A DNA stretch of 55,706 bases, filler included, from Sphacelaria rigidula (taxonomy: Eukaryota): assembly GCA_964200075.2 (NCBI GenBank). It is 6 parts of 6 records of this genome, joined end to end, with 100 filler letters (N's around TTAATTAATTAA, not from the genome) between each part and the next. Parts side by side here need not be neighbours in the genome. Positions count along the whole stretch, not along the records: positions 27,906 to 37,106 come from CAXNAA020009056.1; positions 37,207 to 46,406 come from CAXNAA020009057.1; positions 46,507 to 55,706 come from CAXNAA020009058.1; 3 more parts are not named here. One strand, 5' to 3'. Shown here piece after piece: positions 36,531 to 48,726 of the stretch. Numbering within the stretch: the first letter of the stretch is position 1; each line of letters opens with the position of its first letter. Position numbers and translations under genes: made by a program. The notes under the pieces were generated by a model that searched no databases, was not told the origin of the DNA, and was given only the letters and a program-made list of their open reading frames with translations.

Positions 36531-36787
36531 GAGCAGTGCTACGGTAGGTGTGCACTTTTTGCGCGGAATCTTGTCTACTTCAGGGGCTCCCAACGATTTT
36601 TGATGCGCAAGAATATGAGTCAGGGCACCCCCGTTTGCAAATTCATCCGGGATATTCCCAGCACTTTGGAGTAGTAATCCTGGCGTACTCTCACATATTT
36701 TCACAAGTCGTGTTTTGCATGAGATGCAGGGTTCCTAACAATTCTAACCTCATAAACCTTCTGTACACCCCTACCGTAGCATCACGC
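36531..36787. mobile_element. MITE, same family as 5135-5371
   Basis: TIRs gagcagtgctacggtagg.gtgcac / tacacccctaccgtagcatcacgc; internal ccgtttgcaaattcat.cgggatattcccagcac.ttggagtagtaatcctggcgtactctcacat shared with the 5135 copy. Confidence 0.88.
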
Positions 36788-37773
36788 TGTTGATGATGTG
36801 TTGATGATGTTGATGAGGTAGTCGATCAGCACCACCAAACTGAGCTTGTTACTTGCAACAGTTGCTTCAAAATGTGGTGCACTGTAGTACAAGTGCAAAG
36901 GGTGTTGTTGCGATTCGCGCTGCAGGAAGTCGAGAAATCACCCGGTTGTCTGGTGATCTTGTAGGATGTACCGCCCTTCCCTTTATTAACTTGGTGTGTC
37001 GCGGTGAGATACGGGTACCTACTTCTGGGGACGTAGGGAGAGGGAGGAGGAGGAGGGCGGGATGTACTCATGATCATGCATGCCATAGTCATCAGACCAT
37101 TGACCTNNNNNNNNNNNNNNNNNNNNNNNNNNNNNNNNNNNNNNNNNNNNTTAATTAATTAANNNNNNNNNNNNNNNNNNNNNNNNNNNNNNNNNNNNNN
37201 NNNNNNGTACTACTGTACACTGGCTTTTTCGCTTTTAAGAAAATCGTGCTCATTTTCCCAGGAAAATAAGAATGGAGCATTGAAGAAAATAAATGATGAT
37301 CATGCTCCCAGGAAAATAAGAAACCCAGCCTCAGGCCGATTTTTCAGTTTCTTACTTGCGGGCCGGTACTGTACCGTACCTTATTATATCCCTCAGTAGA
37401 AATGTGTATTGTGTCGTGTATTTCGCGGACGCCTTGGATGCTATCATACCACGCTGATTTTGATACTGGAAGTGATTGCGAAATATATTTCGAGGTTGCC
37501 GTCTCAGACAACAGAAATATACGTGGTAGTTACTAAATTGCGTGTATAGGCTGGATTGTTGTCATCGGCTAATGTGAGATAATCAATCAATCAATCAATC
37601 AATAGGTAGTGTCTATCTATTCTGACGGAGAACCCGGATCGTTCCGTGAATAACTGATATCAATGTTGGCAATTCAAGTCCGGAAGTTTTTGGGTTATTG
37701 TCAGTTGTAACCATCCAAACGGATAAGCTTCGTTGGTGCACGCAATTTCTCCAGGCTTTTCGGTTACCATGAG

Positions 37774-38027
37774 GAGTCATCATCCTACGATAGGGGGGGG
37801 GGGTATTTTCGGCCACTTCTTGCACGAAATCCCAAGTCAAATCGTCGTTGAAAGCGGCAACGGTTGCTCAAACGAGCTTACTATAGATAAATAACGCTCA
37901 TCCATACCGATTGACACCGTTTTGAACAAAAGACAAGGGCACCGCGAGTGTGGCAGGTCGTCTGGCACACTTATGGGCCTCTTTTTTCGTGCAACCAAAT
38001 CCCCCCCCCCCTATCGTAGGATGGCTC
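37774..38027. mobile_element. MITE with GAG...CTC termini and a 4-bp TSD (Sola-like)
   Basis: TIRs gagtcatcatcctacgatagggggg / ccccccctatcgtaggatggctc; TSD tgag at 37770-37773 and 38028-38031. Confidence 0.8.
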
Positions 38028-39072
38028 TGAGGTATCGTTGTGGATGTTCAACACCAAAACTTGGGGATGTAGAAATATGAACACCCGAAATCCGCAAGGG
38101 AAGTCATTTCTACCATAGAATTGAGAAGAACAGCCAGCGAGCAGGTCACGGGAGGGTTCTAAGGGCATACAGCCCCAGGTTCAGGCTGTTTGATATGTTA
38201 CCACGATTAAGCCAATCCTGGTCGCCCCGGTGGACAATTAATTGCCCAGGCTCAGTACTTGCATGTTCCAGGTAGTTTCTGCGCCACGCCCGAAATCAGT
38301 GTTTTCGGACCGAAATACGGATAACAACACCCCCCAACGAGAGTCGGTCTTTTACGCCGTATTGCTCGAAAACAGAGTCGTGAAGTATCTTCACGGACGG
38401 TATCTTTTCTTTTGATCATTATCCAGTTCAGACCCCTGCGGTGGAGATGAAGAATAGACCGCGGGACTCCCCGATCGCCTTAACCCTCCGCTTGAACGTT
38501 GACTTCTGTGCGTGGAAAAGTCGCCATGTAAGCTATCACTTGAATCCAACATATGGGTATGTACAGTAGAAAATGACCACGGAGCTAACCCCGAGTGATA
38601 TCGAGGGAGAGATGTAGAACATTTACCGTGGTACTGTATTGTAGGTAACTAGATGTGCTTGAATATGGTAAAAGTAATAAAAAACGTTTTACCGGGAGAT
38701 ATTCTGGTGGTGATGCACGACATACGGGACGGTATACATCTTGTCTTACAGTGAGTGTCAAATAGGAACACCCCTCCAGTTTTTTCCTTCATACTTCCAA
38801 CTCCTGCCCTTTCTAAGGAGGAGTTCGTAGCTTCAAGGGATCGACTCATCGGTCCACAGGGTATACGCCCTGTGTACATGTTGGCATTGTGGGTTGGTTC
38901 AGCACTCTGGCTTCACTTACCCTCTAGATGAATAGCTTTTCGGCTACTCACATCCTCGCGTTTTTCAACGATGGAAGCCAGGTAATTATCGGAAAAAAAT
39001 AAGGAAAGGTGCATATTTTTTGGGATCTGAACCGTCCATCTCCCGCCCTTTGGGGGGGGGGTAAAAGAAAAA

Positions 39073-40118
39073 TGGGTACGTCACCACCTATTTTAGCTCA
39101 AACCTAGGTACAGGTAACCACGCAAGTTGGAGCTGTATGTGCCAGGCCCAAATCACTCGAAAATCAATCCCGACGCAAAGATAACGCACCACCAGCCCAT
39201 GCAGAGCATGTAAATCAAGTATCCCGAGAAAAGAGCGCGATTCACGGCCAAACAGCCCCGTGGGAAACGAGGGCTTTGCAGTGTGTCCATTTTGTCCGGC
39301 AATGGGGTAGGTGTACCCAGCTAAAACTACTACGTTCATAGTGTATCTCATTGTGTCTTATGCTGTCTCATGCTATGTCCTAAGCGTTCCCCTATTTGAC
39401 CAATAACGACCTTTTACAGCCGCCGTTTAACCCACCGCACGGCACAACATCGAATGGCCGAAGAACATCTCCAACTCTTCTATTGGTCTCTTTCCACGAT
39501 CTGGAGACTCAAGAGCCCACGCTTCTTTTTACCTCTACGGCCTGGAGACTCGACACATCGCACGACCGTTGGCAAACGAAACAAATAGCTGCGAGATACG
39601 GAACATGCTCACCCCAAACCGCGTAGCAACTTGTTTCACAGCTTGTCGTGCCGTATCCCAACGGTCGTGCTGTGTGCCAATCACTCCACAGGGGTCCCGA
39701 GTCTCCAGGTCGTAGGAAGAGGTTAATAGAAGGGTTCGAGACGTTCTTCGTCCATGCGATTTTATGCTGTACGATGGGTTGGACGGTGGCTGCTGTAAAA
39801 GGCCGATGTAAGTCAAATAGAGGAACCCTTCGAGCATAATATGAGACAGCACGATGGATACTCTTCGAAGTTTTTGGTGGGCATACCTACCCCATTGTCG
39901 GACAAAATAGGGTACATTACGAGGCCCTCGTTTCCCGCGGTTCTGTTCGGCCGTGAATCGCGCTCTTTTCCGGGGTAGTTGCTTCACATGCTCTGCTGTG
40001 GATGCGCTATCTTTGCGTCGGGACTGAGTTTTGAGTGGTTTGGGCCTAGCACGGACAGCTCCAACTTGCGCGGTTATCTGTACCCACGTTTGGGCTGAAA
40101 TAGGTGGGAATGTACCCA
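39073..40118. repeat. About 1.05-kb imperfect palindrome (long-TIR or foldback element)
   Basis: Colinear inverted arms of about 520 bp, e.g. gaaaagagcgcgattcacggcc at 39227 vs ggccgtgaatcgcgctcttttc at 39949, and tcccgacgcaaagata vs tatctttgcgtcggga; centre about 39600-39630. Confidence 0.9.
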
Positions 40119-43100
40119 CGTGTTTCTGCTTTGCCTTTTTTGTCGTAGGGGGACCTCACCCAACACTTACCCCGCAAGCGCGTTTGTGTACCTATTTCCC
40201 GGAGGCTCGGTTCCTGGCGGCAGTCATGTGGGGTAGGTGCCTCGAGCGTTTGGAAACCTTGGTCGAGGCAAGTGGGGGGGAGTCCAGTCCACTACCCCCC
40301 CGTCAACTTGGCGCAGTGTAGACGCCGCTCTAATCTTGTTAGCTTCCGCCCGAGGTATCTCCCGCCCTGATTGGCTTTGGTTGTATTACTTGTAATGCAG
40401 AACGCACATTCATCTTCCTACAGTGTTGTCACCGCGTCTCTCTCGGTATTTTGATTGTTGGGTTGATCGGGTCTGTCGTCTATCGCCCGCAAAACAAATG
40501 TTGGGCGAGATTAGAACAGTCTATGAATAATTGTGACTCTACAAAACAGCAGCCGTGCAGTGCAGTAGATACACTGGCATTCATCGGGGTGAGATCTGAC
40601 ACAAATAATATAAATACGACGTGCCCACTACCCTGTGAAACGTCGCGTCGAATAGTAAAGCTTGGCCGTCTGTGGAGTTGTGCGTGTTTTGTGCAATACA
40701 CCCCCTTTCGTACCATACGGACGTATGTAGGTGCACTATTAATAGGGGGGTTCGTGTTTCTTCTTGCGCCGACAGCTTCATGATAAACACAGTTGACCAC
40801 AGATACGCACTATCTAGGTGCGGTGTCTTTGCCAACGCCCCAAGACACACGCGGATTGACATGGTGAGTGCATCGTGACGCATGTCGTCACCGTGCCTGT
40901 TACCGGGGGTGCTGAAAAAATCGGACAATATCAATAACTTGAACACACGGCCAGGACAATTTGAACTTTGGGAAAATCCTCACATTTGCTTCCATGTCCC
41001 TGATGTGTGCTGAGTTGTCCTCCTGCTGTACGCACACCGGTTAATGAGAGACGGATGTTCACCGTTTCCAAACTTGACAACTTGGACAAGTGAAGACAAA
41101 ACTGTCAAGCATCTGTCCCTCGTTTTCCCACAAACAATTTGGTGCGACGCAAACGCCTTGACCACTCTCTCGCGCGCTACGGGGATACTGTCGACTGCAC
41201 CAATTGCGACATGCGCTGCGCGCCCGTAATTACTGACTGTGCTGTTGACCTATTTGCTATCTGCCATCCCGGCGTATTTCACTTTGTTTATAAACTACGT
41301 GCTCACGAAAAGGTACAAAATTGCGGTCGCTTCTACTTAAATCTTCGCCAGCTGGGGTGTGTTCATAGCGAAGATACTCGACTAGTGGACTGAGGTAACA
41401 GCATGTGCGCGGGAAACACTTACCCTGCGTGTCGATCGTCTCATCTCCAAATAGTTTTGCGCGCAGTATCTTTCCTCATGCTATGAATTGGTGAAGAAAA
41501 TAGGTGCGTCACGTTGCTGGAACGTGACGTAGCGGCTTTGGGCTGTATTTTTATCCAGGCTCAGACCTAGGCAACAGAAACCAATCGGCATACTATATAC
41601 CTAAAAGGTGTACCGGTAATTAAAGTGCAAATAAATAACTGATAGGGTGATAGTCGGGAGTTAAATAGCACTAGTACTGCAGGTGCCAGGCGTTGAGTTT
41701 TCGCAGCATGTTCCTGTGTCAATCTCAATATACGTGTAGTTTGTAATTGAGATGTCGCTATATACTTCTGTTGATTGGTGTATACCCAAACATTGACGGG
41801 GCGCTTCGTGGCGGTTCTCCAAATGATGTGCGTGTAATGAATGCCAACGCCAACTCAGAACTTTATGTCAAAGAAACACGTGCTAAATTGGCGCCTACAG
41901 TTGTCGAAACGAGCAAACTCGTCTACGCGTGTACCTTATATCGCTAGATATACCAAAATTGATCGCTGTGCAACTCAAACAATATTTTTTTCTGTTCAAA
42001 ACATCCTTTCCTTGCCCCCGTTACAATGAGCATACTTGTCGCCTGGACACCTGTTGTGCAGCGTATAAATATAGTTGTTTGCGCGAGATTTGCGTGGTGA
42101 ATTTCTGATAGTTTGGTCGTTTTGTTGACTGTTCAACATTTCTTCGATTTTTGAACAACCTACTCGTTCGGTGATGATTGATCGGTTTGATTGGTTGATT
42201 AATTGATTGAGTGATTGATGGTCGCACATTAATCCCAGAGGGATCCAGTCCAGAAGGGATGGCAAGGTAGATGTAACTAGGAAATACTCGCTATTTTGGA
42301 AGAAACTCGAGAGATATCAAGGAGAAGAAAGGGATATAAGGAAAATCGGGGTCAACTGAAGGAACACAAGAAACAAGCAGCACAAGAAAAACCCGTGAGC
42401 TAAAGAAAGGAGAAGGGACTGACGCCGCGGTATCCCCCCCCCCCCCCCCCCCCCCCCCCAGGGAAAGGGGCGGTTTGAGCCGGAAAAAAACAAACGCAAA
42501 NNNNNNNNNNGAGCTGAAGAAAAGAGGCGGGAGTGGCCCCGGGGTGCCCCCCCCCCCCCCCCCGACCCCCCCACGAGGAAAGTGGTCGATTTGAGCAGGA
42601 AAAATCGAAACGCAAATCAAACGATAAAACCCAAGCAGACCAAGCAACTGGAGACTCCGACGCTCGGGATCTTTTTCGCTAGTACATTTACCTGAGGCAC
42701 CTCATGCAGTATGAAACCAGCTATCGTGCGCTGTACGGCCATCATCTTGGTGGCAGTTTGGGGGTGGTTTGGCGGGGGTGGGGGGGGGTGGGGGGGGGGG
42801 TTATCGTGGCATCACTCAAAGAAAGGAAAAGAAGAATACGAACACGAATAGCCGGATGGAGTTCCTATGTTTCAAGCATAAGATGTCGTGCTTGTAGAGG
42901 AGAGCAAGTTAACGCTTGGCTCGTGAAGCATGTGCCCTAACTTCCGATTTCCTTCCACTTTGTTTTGGTTTGTGTTTGTAAGGCGCCTCTAGCTTGAGTC
43001 ATGCCCCCGGGCCTGCCGTCCTTCATTTCCCCGTGTTGTTCCACGGGTGTCCTTACTTTAGCGAGCGCGCCATCTATTTTCGTCGGATACATCTATCTTC

Positions 43101-43501
43101 TCACCACGGCTCGAACCGTAGCAGGTTGTAGAATTGACGTGCGAGAATCGATCAATCGATCGTCAACCAATCAACTGCGACATGTGAACGTTTTCGGCGT
43201 GATTCACACGTTATGGAACCTCTACATTTTATTTCGCTCAATATACTCGTATCGAGATTATTTCCTGTGGATACTACCTGACTGTGTGTGTGGTCATGTC
43301 CAGTCATCCGTGATGTGAAGAGTTTTGCACACTACAACAAGTAAGTTTCGTGTGAGTGGGGGCGGAGGGGGGGGGAGGGGGGGGGAGGGGAGTTGGATTG
43401 GTGGGGAAAGTGGGGGTGATTGGTTGTGCTTTTGNNNNNNNNNNGTGGGGGGTCGGGTGGTGGGGGGGGGGGTGTGGGCTGTTAAGGGAGGGGGGGGGAG
43501 T

Positions 43502-43554
<53 letters not shown>

Positions 43555-43639
43555 ACTCATTTGCATTGTAGGGGAAATTGGTTGTGATTTTCATTCCATA
43601 AGTCGTTTGTCTCCTGTATTACGCTCTGTCATGTGAGAC

Positions 43640-44095
43640 CACGGTTTATGGGAACCATTCTGTATTTGTACAAATATGAGGATTTCATCTGGTCTACAGG
43701 TGATTCTCTCACGTGGATTATTTTTTCGGACCCCAGTCCGCTCTGCAATGTTTTTCGGCTAGCTGTGAGAAAACCAGGTCAATTTTCCGAATCTCTGGGC
43801 GTTGTCCTTGACAGATCACATTTTAGCTCGAATCAGGACACTCCCGCATTTCCCCTGATTTTGAGCCGAAAACCGAGGGAGATACCGAAGTGTACCGATA
43901 TGAGCCGGAAGGCGATATGCATGAGTCAACGCCCGGATAATCGGAAAATTAATCTGGTTTAATCCCAGCTTGGCGGAAGACTTTGACCCACAGGACTGGG
44001 GTGCCAAAAAACAATCCACGGGAGAAAATCGCCTGTAGATGGACTGAAATCCGTACATGTGTACAAATACAGATTGTTGGTTACCGTAAAAGGTG
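43640..44095. repeat. About 460-bp imperfect palindrome (foldback MITE)
   Basis: ggatttca...tctacaggtgattctctcacgtggatt..ccccagtcc (43680-43739) pairs with 43993-44052; inner aattttccga..ct.gggcgttg pairs with caacgcccgga..atcggaaaatt; centre about 43850-43880. Confidence 0.85.
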
Positions 44096-44119
44096 GTTCA
44101 TGTTTGGTCGGTATGTACG

Positions 44120-44860
44120 GAATCCCATATGTTGTAAATAAATGGTGGTTGTAGAAAACCGGGGTGTGTGCGGGCCGGGGTGTAGGTAGGTATAGCAAAT
44201 CTTCGTGCAGGACGACGACAGTGGGAATAAACCAGTACAGCATTCACTGAACTGTGTTTATTCATGTCATGTTTTCATCGATCAAGATCATCAACTCGTT
44301 GACGGGTGGAACAAATATTCGCAATATGGTTCTGTGACTTCTTCGGCCAGTTGCTGTATTATACACGGGGAGTGCATTTTTTCCCTTCAAATTTGTCCTG
44401 GGAACTGACTTGCAGTTGTACTGCAACAACTGTCCATCGCCGAGTCACAGAACCTCCGAAAAACCTCAGTCGGGACCTCCGAAAAAACCCCGTCGGCGCT
44501 ATAAGTAGACAGTGTACACATCATGCAGTGAAATGCAGCAACAAAATATCCGTTCGAATTCTTCAACATGCCTCTGAAACGTCGTGCTTCCAGTTCCCGC
44601 CTCAACAGCACGATGTACAAGATATTTGTTTTAGGCAGGTAGCATCGCCCCGGACACAATCCCCGCCATGTGCGACGCCTAGTGTAGAGTACACGACAAA
44701 TGGTCCGAGATACTCCCGTTTCGCCTGATGACGTACAGCACCTCAATAGTCTACATGTTCTACACTGCTGCTGCATGCTTTATATCGGCGAGAAGGACCA
44801 GCGGCAAGGCACCACACTACACCGGTGGTAAATGATGGTGGCATCTTCATGTGTGCTTAA
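44120..44860 (+). pseudogene. Possible degenerate Ulp1/C48 peptidase relic
   Basis: VGINQYSIH*TVFI...IKIINSL (44221-44301) resembles PIN...HW.L....I...DSL; NDGGIFMCA at about 44831-44857 resembles the Q.N..DCG.F.C motif. Stops and frameshifts present. Confidence 0.3.
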
Positions 44861-46529
44861 TGAGAACCAGCAATGGATAGATGCTTCAACTATCGCAATG
44901 TTGGACGTCGAGACGACGGATGCGCATGATTGATGTCTTCGCGTCTATCGCGGGCAAGACCCAAAATACTGTCTTTATCGTGAACGTGTAGGTAGCCAGC
45001 AGAGGAACCTACTTAAACAGCTGTTGCTATAGGCCAGAAATGATGTAAAATACAGCTGGCTTGCTTCCACCTCGGAAAGTGAAGGCGCACGATGTGGTGG
45101 CGAAGAACGATGAAACAGCAGCTGCATCTGTTGCGAGTGATGTGCAGTATATCAAACATTCAAAATCCCCAACTGCACCTCGTGTTATTTTCCATCTCAG
45201 AGTACAAAATACCCTGCACTATGCGTGCACTACTGTGCGAGGTGTGTACGCATTGAATTATTCGTGTTCGAGATCTCGTATTGCTTCCGAAAGAGGAGAC
45301 CACTAGGCTCGACTTTCCATTGCATTGAGATGGCCTCAATTAGTACCATAGTGATGCCTGCTATGTGTTTTTTGTCTGAGACTTTCGGGGAAATATATTT
45401 GAATGCAGGTCTGGAAGGCTGACCTTGTGTCATTAATAAAACAAAAGTTTGCTGCTGCATCATTCACCGCAGCATCGATACAGCCGTGTGTGTAGGCTGC
45501 GAATAATTAGAGGCTGGATTGGGAACGAAAGGGGCATGCCAACGGTGAGTGGGCAGAGTATGATAGCGGCCGCTGAATTGAAATCTCGACATCGAGTAAC
45601 CATGAAACAGCTTACACAGCACGAATCATGTGCGATGCCGGAGAGCGTTGACGGACGACCGTTGTAATCCTATCTACAAAGCCTACTGTACGGCTTACAA
45701 AAAGATCGCACGCTGTATGTACACTTTTGAGGAATGATTATTGGTAACACTCTTGTAATGCGAGGAACTTCATCGTAGCCACACTTGTGTTGTTGAAACA
45801 CTGAAGCCAGCATCTAGAAAATATGTTCTATCCTCAACCACATCCTCAACAGCGATTGCTGTAGAAAGAGACGGCGACCAACGGTCAGTCGGTGAGATAC
45901 GGTGCATAACATCCCCTTCGAGCTTGTCCGTCTCGTCATCTCAAATGACTCGGTGCCAACTTAACACCGGGTAGGGTTGTACACCATCCGCTGGTCAAGG
46001 GTCAAGGGTTGGTGTTTTATTAGTAAAGGTTGATTTGATCATTAATAATAGTCAAATAAACTTTCTGCTGATTATTCGATTACTCCGGAGTATATTGAAC
46101 GATCATGATTGGTTGATAATTTTTGGAAATGAAAGAGGCGTTTGCGCCGTGTAACGCCAGTTTTTGACACTGGGCCCACAGAGAGGGGCAAGAACTACGA
46201 GCCGGGCCAACCTAGAGGCGTCATGGAAGTCTGCAGGCGAATGCGCCGGCCAATATTCAGAGTTGGGCCCTGAAATTTGGTATGGACAACGCATAGGGCA
46301 TAATCAAAAATCAGAAGGAAGCACGGTTAGGACAAATCATCACGAATCAAAATCACCATATTCACGATTTCTTCGGCCGGATTGCCCAAAAGGGAGAAAA
46401 AAGTTGNNNNNNNNNNNNNNNNNNNNNNNNNNNNNNNNNNNNNNNNNNNNTTAATTAATTAANNNNNNNNNNNNNNNNNNNNNNNNNNNNNNNNNNNNNN
46501 NNNNNNCCGACCCCCGCCAGTTTGGCCAA

Positions 46530-47140
46530 TAATCTGTAGATCGGCAAGCACAGATTTTTGCGCACGAATTTTTGTTCAGCGGCCAATCTCGAAACCTCGG
46601 ATCCAAGCGAATTTGAAAAGCAGACTAGGCTCCTCTCTGTGAGGTGATGCAAAGTGTCCAAGACGTTTGTTGACGATTTTCCCTGGTTGGGGGCCAAAAA
46701 GTGGCTCAAATGTACCAGAAGTGAACAATCCGTGGGCCAAAAATCTGTGTACCATAACATCCGGCCTCAAGGCCGTTTCTTCCGGTTCGTATCTTGTTTG
46801 GCTTGTATATTACTCTCTCAGGACATTCGACAAGGTTCTTGGCCCCCAAGCAGGGAAAATCGCCACCACACGTCTTGGACACTTTGTATCACCACCGAGA
46901 GGAGCCTAGCCCACTTTTCCGATTCGCTTGGGTCGGAGATGTCGAGAGCGGCCTCTGGATAAAAATACGAGGAAAACATTACGGACAGTCTGCAGATATT
47001 TTCAGGCGATTTTCCCTGTTTTGGGGTCAAACACCTTGTCAAATGTCCTGAAGGTGTACAACATGAGCCAAACAAAATACGAACCAGAAGAAATGGCCGA
47101 ATACACCATACACAACCCATCGAAAAATCCATGGGTCAAC
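46530..47140. repeat. Nested inverted modules (modular foldback-like repeat)
   Basis: 46580-46715 is inverted at 46820-46955, and 46770-46865 is inverted at 47005-47098. Confidence 0.8.
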
Positions 47141-47404
47141 ACATGTCTTCAGGGATGAAAAAATATCTCGGGTTATTTCCTTTGTGCGCCATGGTATTTC
47201 ATAGGTTTTTGCTCAGAAAGGTGGTATCGTGTGCTTCCGGCGTGTTGACACATCATATCGGTCGCGAGGACAGCAGGTACAGCTCGTCATGTCTGCATAT
47301 TCTCCTCCAACACGGCCGAGAGAACACAATCTCGCGGGCAAGACTAGGCTGTGCCCCGCTTTCTTCCGAAATGAGAACACATGTCTGACTCGGAAGCGAA
47401 CGAA

Positions 47405-47692
47405 GGCTGCAGTCAATCAGTGCCTGCATGCTCCAAAATTGCACGGTTTCGCGAGTGGATAAAATCGCACTTTCCTCGACGAAGGAACACGCTTCCTTGC
47501 GAGCGTCTCATCAAGTTCATGTTCGTTCCTCCGACTGACCAACACATGTCGGCCTCGGGAGCGAGCAAAAATGCAGTACATCAGTGTCTGCATGGTGCTC
47601 CGAAAGTGCACGGTTTCGCTAGTTCAGAAAGCGATGGCTGCAGTTCATCAGTGTCTGCATGGCGCTTCAAAATTGCACGGTTTTGCAAGTTC
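47405..47692. repeat. Three diverged copies of a 50-65-bp unit (gcagt..atcagtgtctgcatg..gctcc.aaa.tgcacggttt)
   Basis: Copies at about 47408, 47573 and 47639. Confidence 0.75.
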
Positions 47693-48137
47693 AGAAATGT
47701 TCACACATCTTTCAGAAAACAAAACAAAAAGTTCTTTAGTTCATCCAGTTCATGAAGTCTCCGACCAGGCACGGGGTCACTCCACGCACTACGCGACTGA
47801 GTGTCTTAGTCGACTACCAGTATCATGCATATAACGGTAGCCGTTAGGTGGCCTTCGACCAAATCCGCCACGATCCAAAAACGAACTTTACACTTCACTC
47901 CATGATCATATACGTCCCCCGTCTCAACCAAGACAGCCCCTCCAAGAAACACCAGACTTGTGGAACGGCCGATACAACTACAATCCATCACAGCAAAAAT
48001 CTTCCACACCTTCACCGTCCAGTCCTTCCCGAGGTTAACGCTTCACACGATGTCATCAACAAAAAAATATGCATCTGTACAAATGCTTACAGCACGACTA
48101 AATTGCTGAACATAGCTACTGCTGATGGGTGTACAAT

Positions 48138-48726
48138 CTAGTTGAACGTGTACGACGCGCCCACAAGGTCGTTGATGATGTACGGCTGGTTCGACAACTC
48201 CTCGTGCACCATCATCGCCAGAATACCCATCTGCGCTGCGCGACCGTTGTTTAACTCGATCGCGCGCTTCGACGCCTGCGTCTCCTCCGACATCGATGTC
48301 CACGCGTCCGGGGTGCCCGCCAGGGTAAAGTCTCCCGGGAACGACCCCTCCACGTTCTTCATCACCGCCAGCTCAAGGAAACCGATGAAAGCCACGATCT
48401 GGGCCAGACCCGCCGGCGGGATCTTCGACAGAGCCGCCACACCGTTCGGCATGTCGGCGAAAGAGATGCCCGCCGACGTCGACAGCATGCCGGGCAGTCG
48501 GGTGTTCTGCTGGGTCAAGTGACCCGCGATCGCCAACATGGCAATGCGGCCGTGCTTCACCTCCACGTAGCGCAGTCGGTCGAAGCGCTCCTGGTCAGCG
48601 TCGGCCAGAAGGCCGAGCGGGTCCCAGAACCCGAGCGGGGGCTGTGCGCCGATCTCGGACTCGAACGCCATCTTCATCGCGGACGACGACCGGGCGGCTT
48701 GGGTCACGGCGGCACCGTTGAAGGCA
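48138..48726 (-). CDS. lhcf: Fucoxanthin-chlorophyll a/c binding protein (FCP), exon 2: transit peptide and mature protein
   Basis: cag acceptor at 48727-48729, phase 2; LHC motifs GFWDPLGL, LRYVEVKHGRIAMLA and ELNNGRAAQMG; TAG at 48138-48140; spliced product 216 aa. Confidence 0.97.

Noticed and set aside
38219-38240. ggtcgccccggtgg SINE/tRNA-like 5' head
   Set aside because: Too short, and no B-box or body follows.
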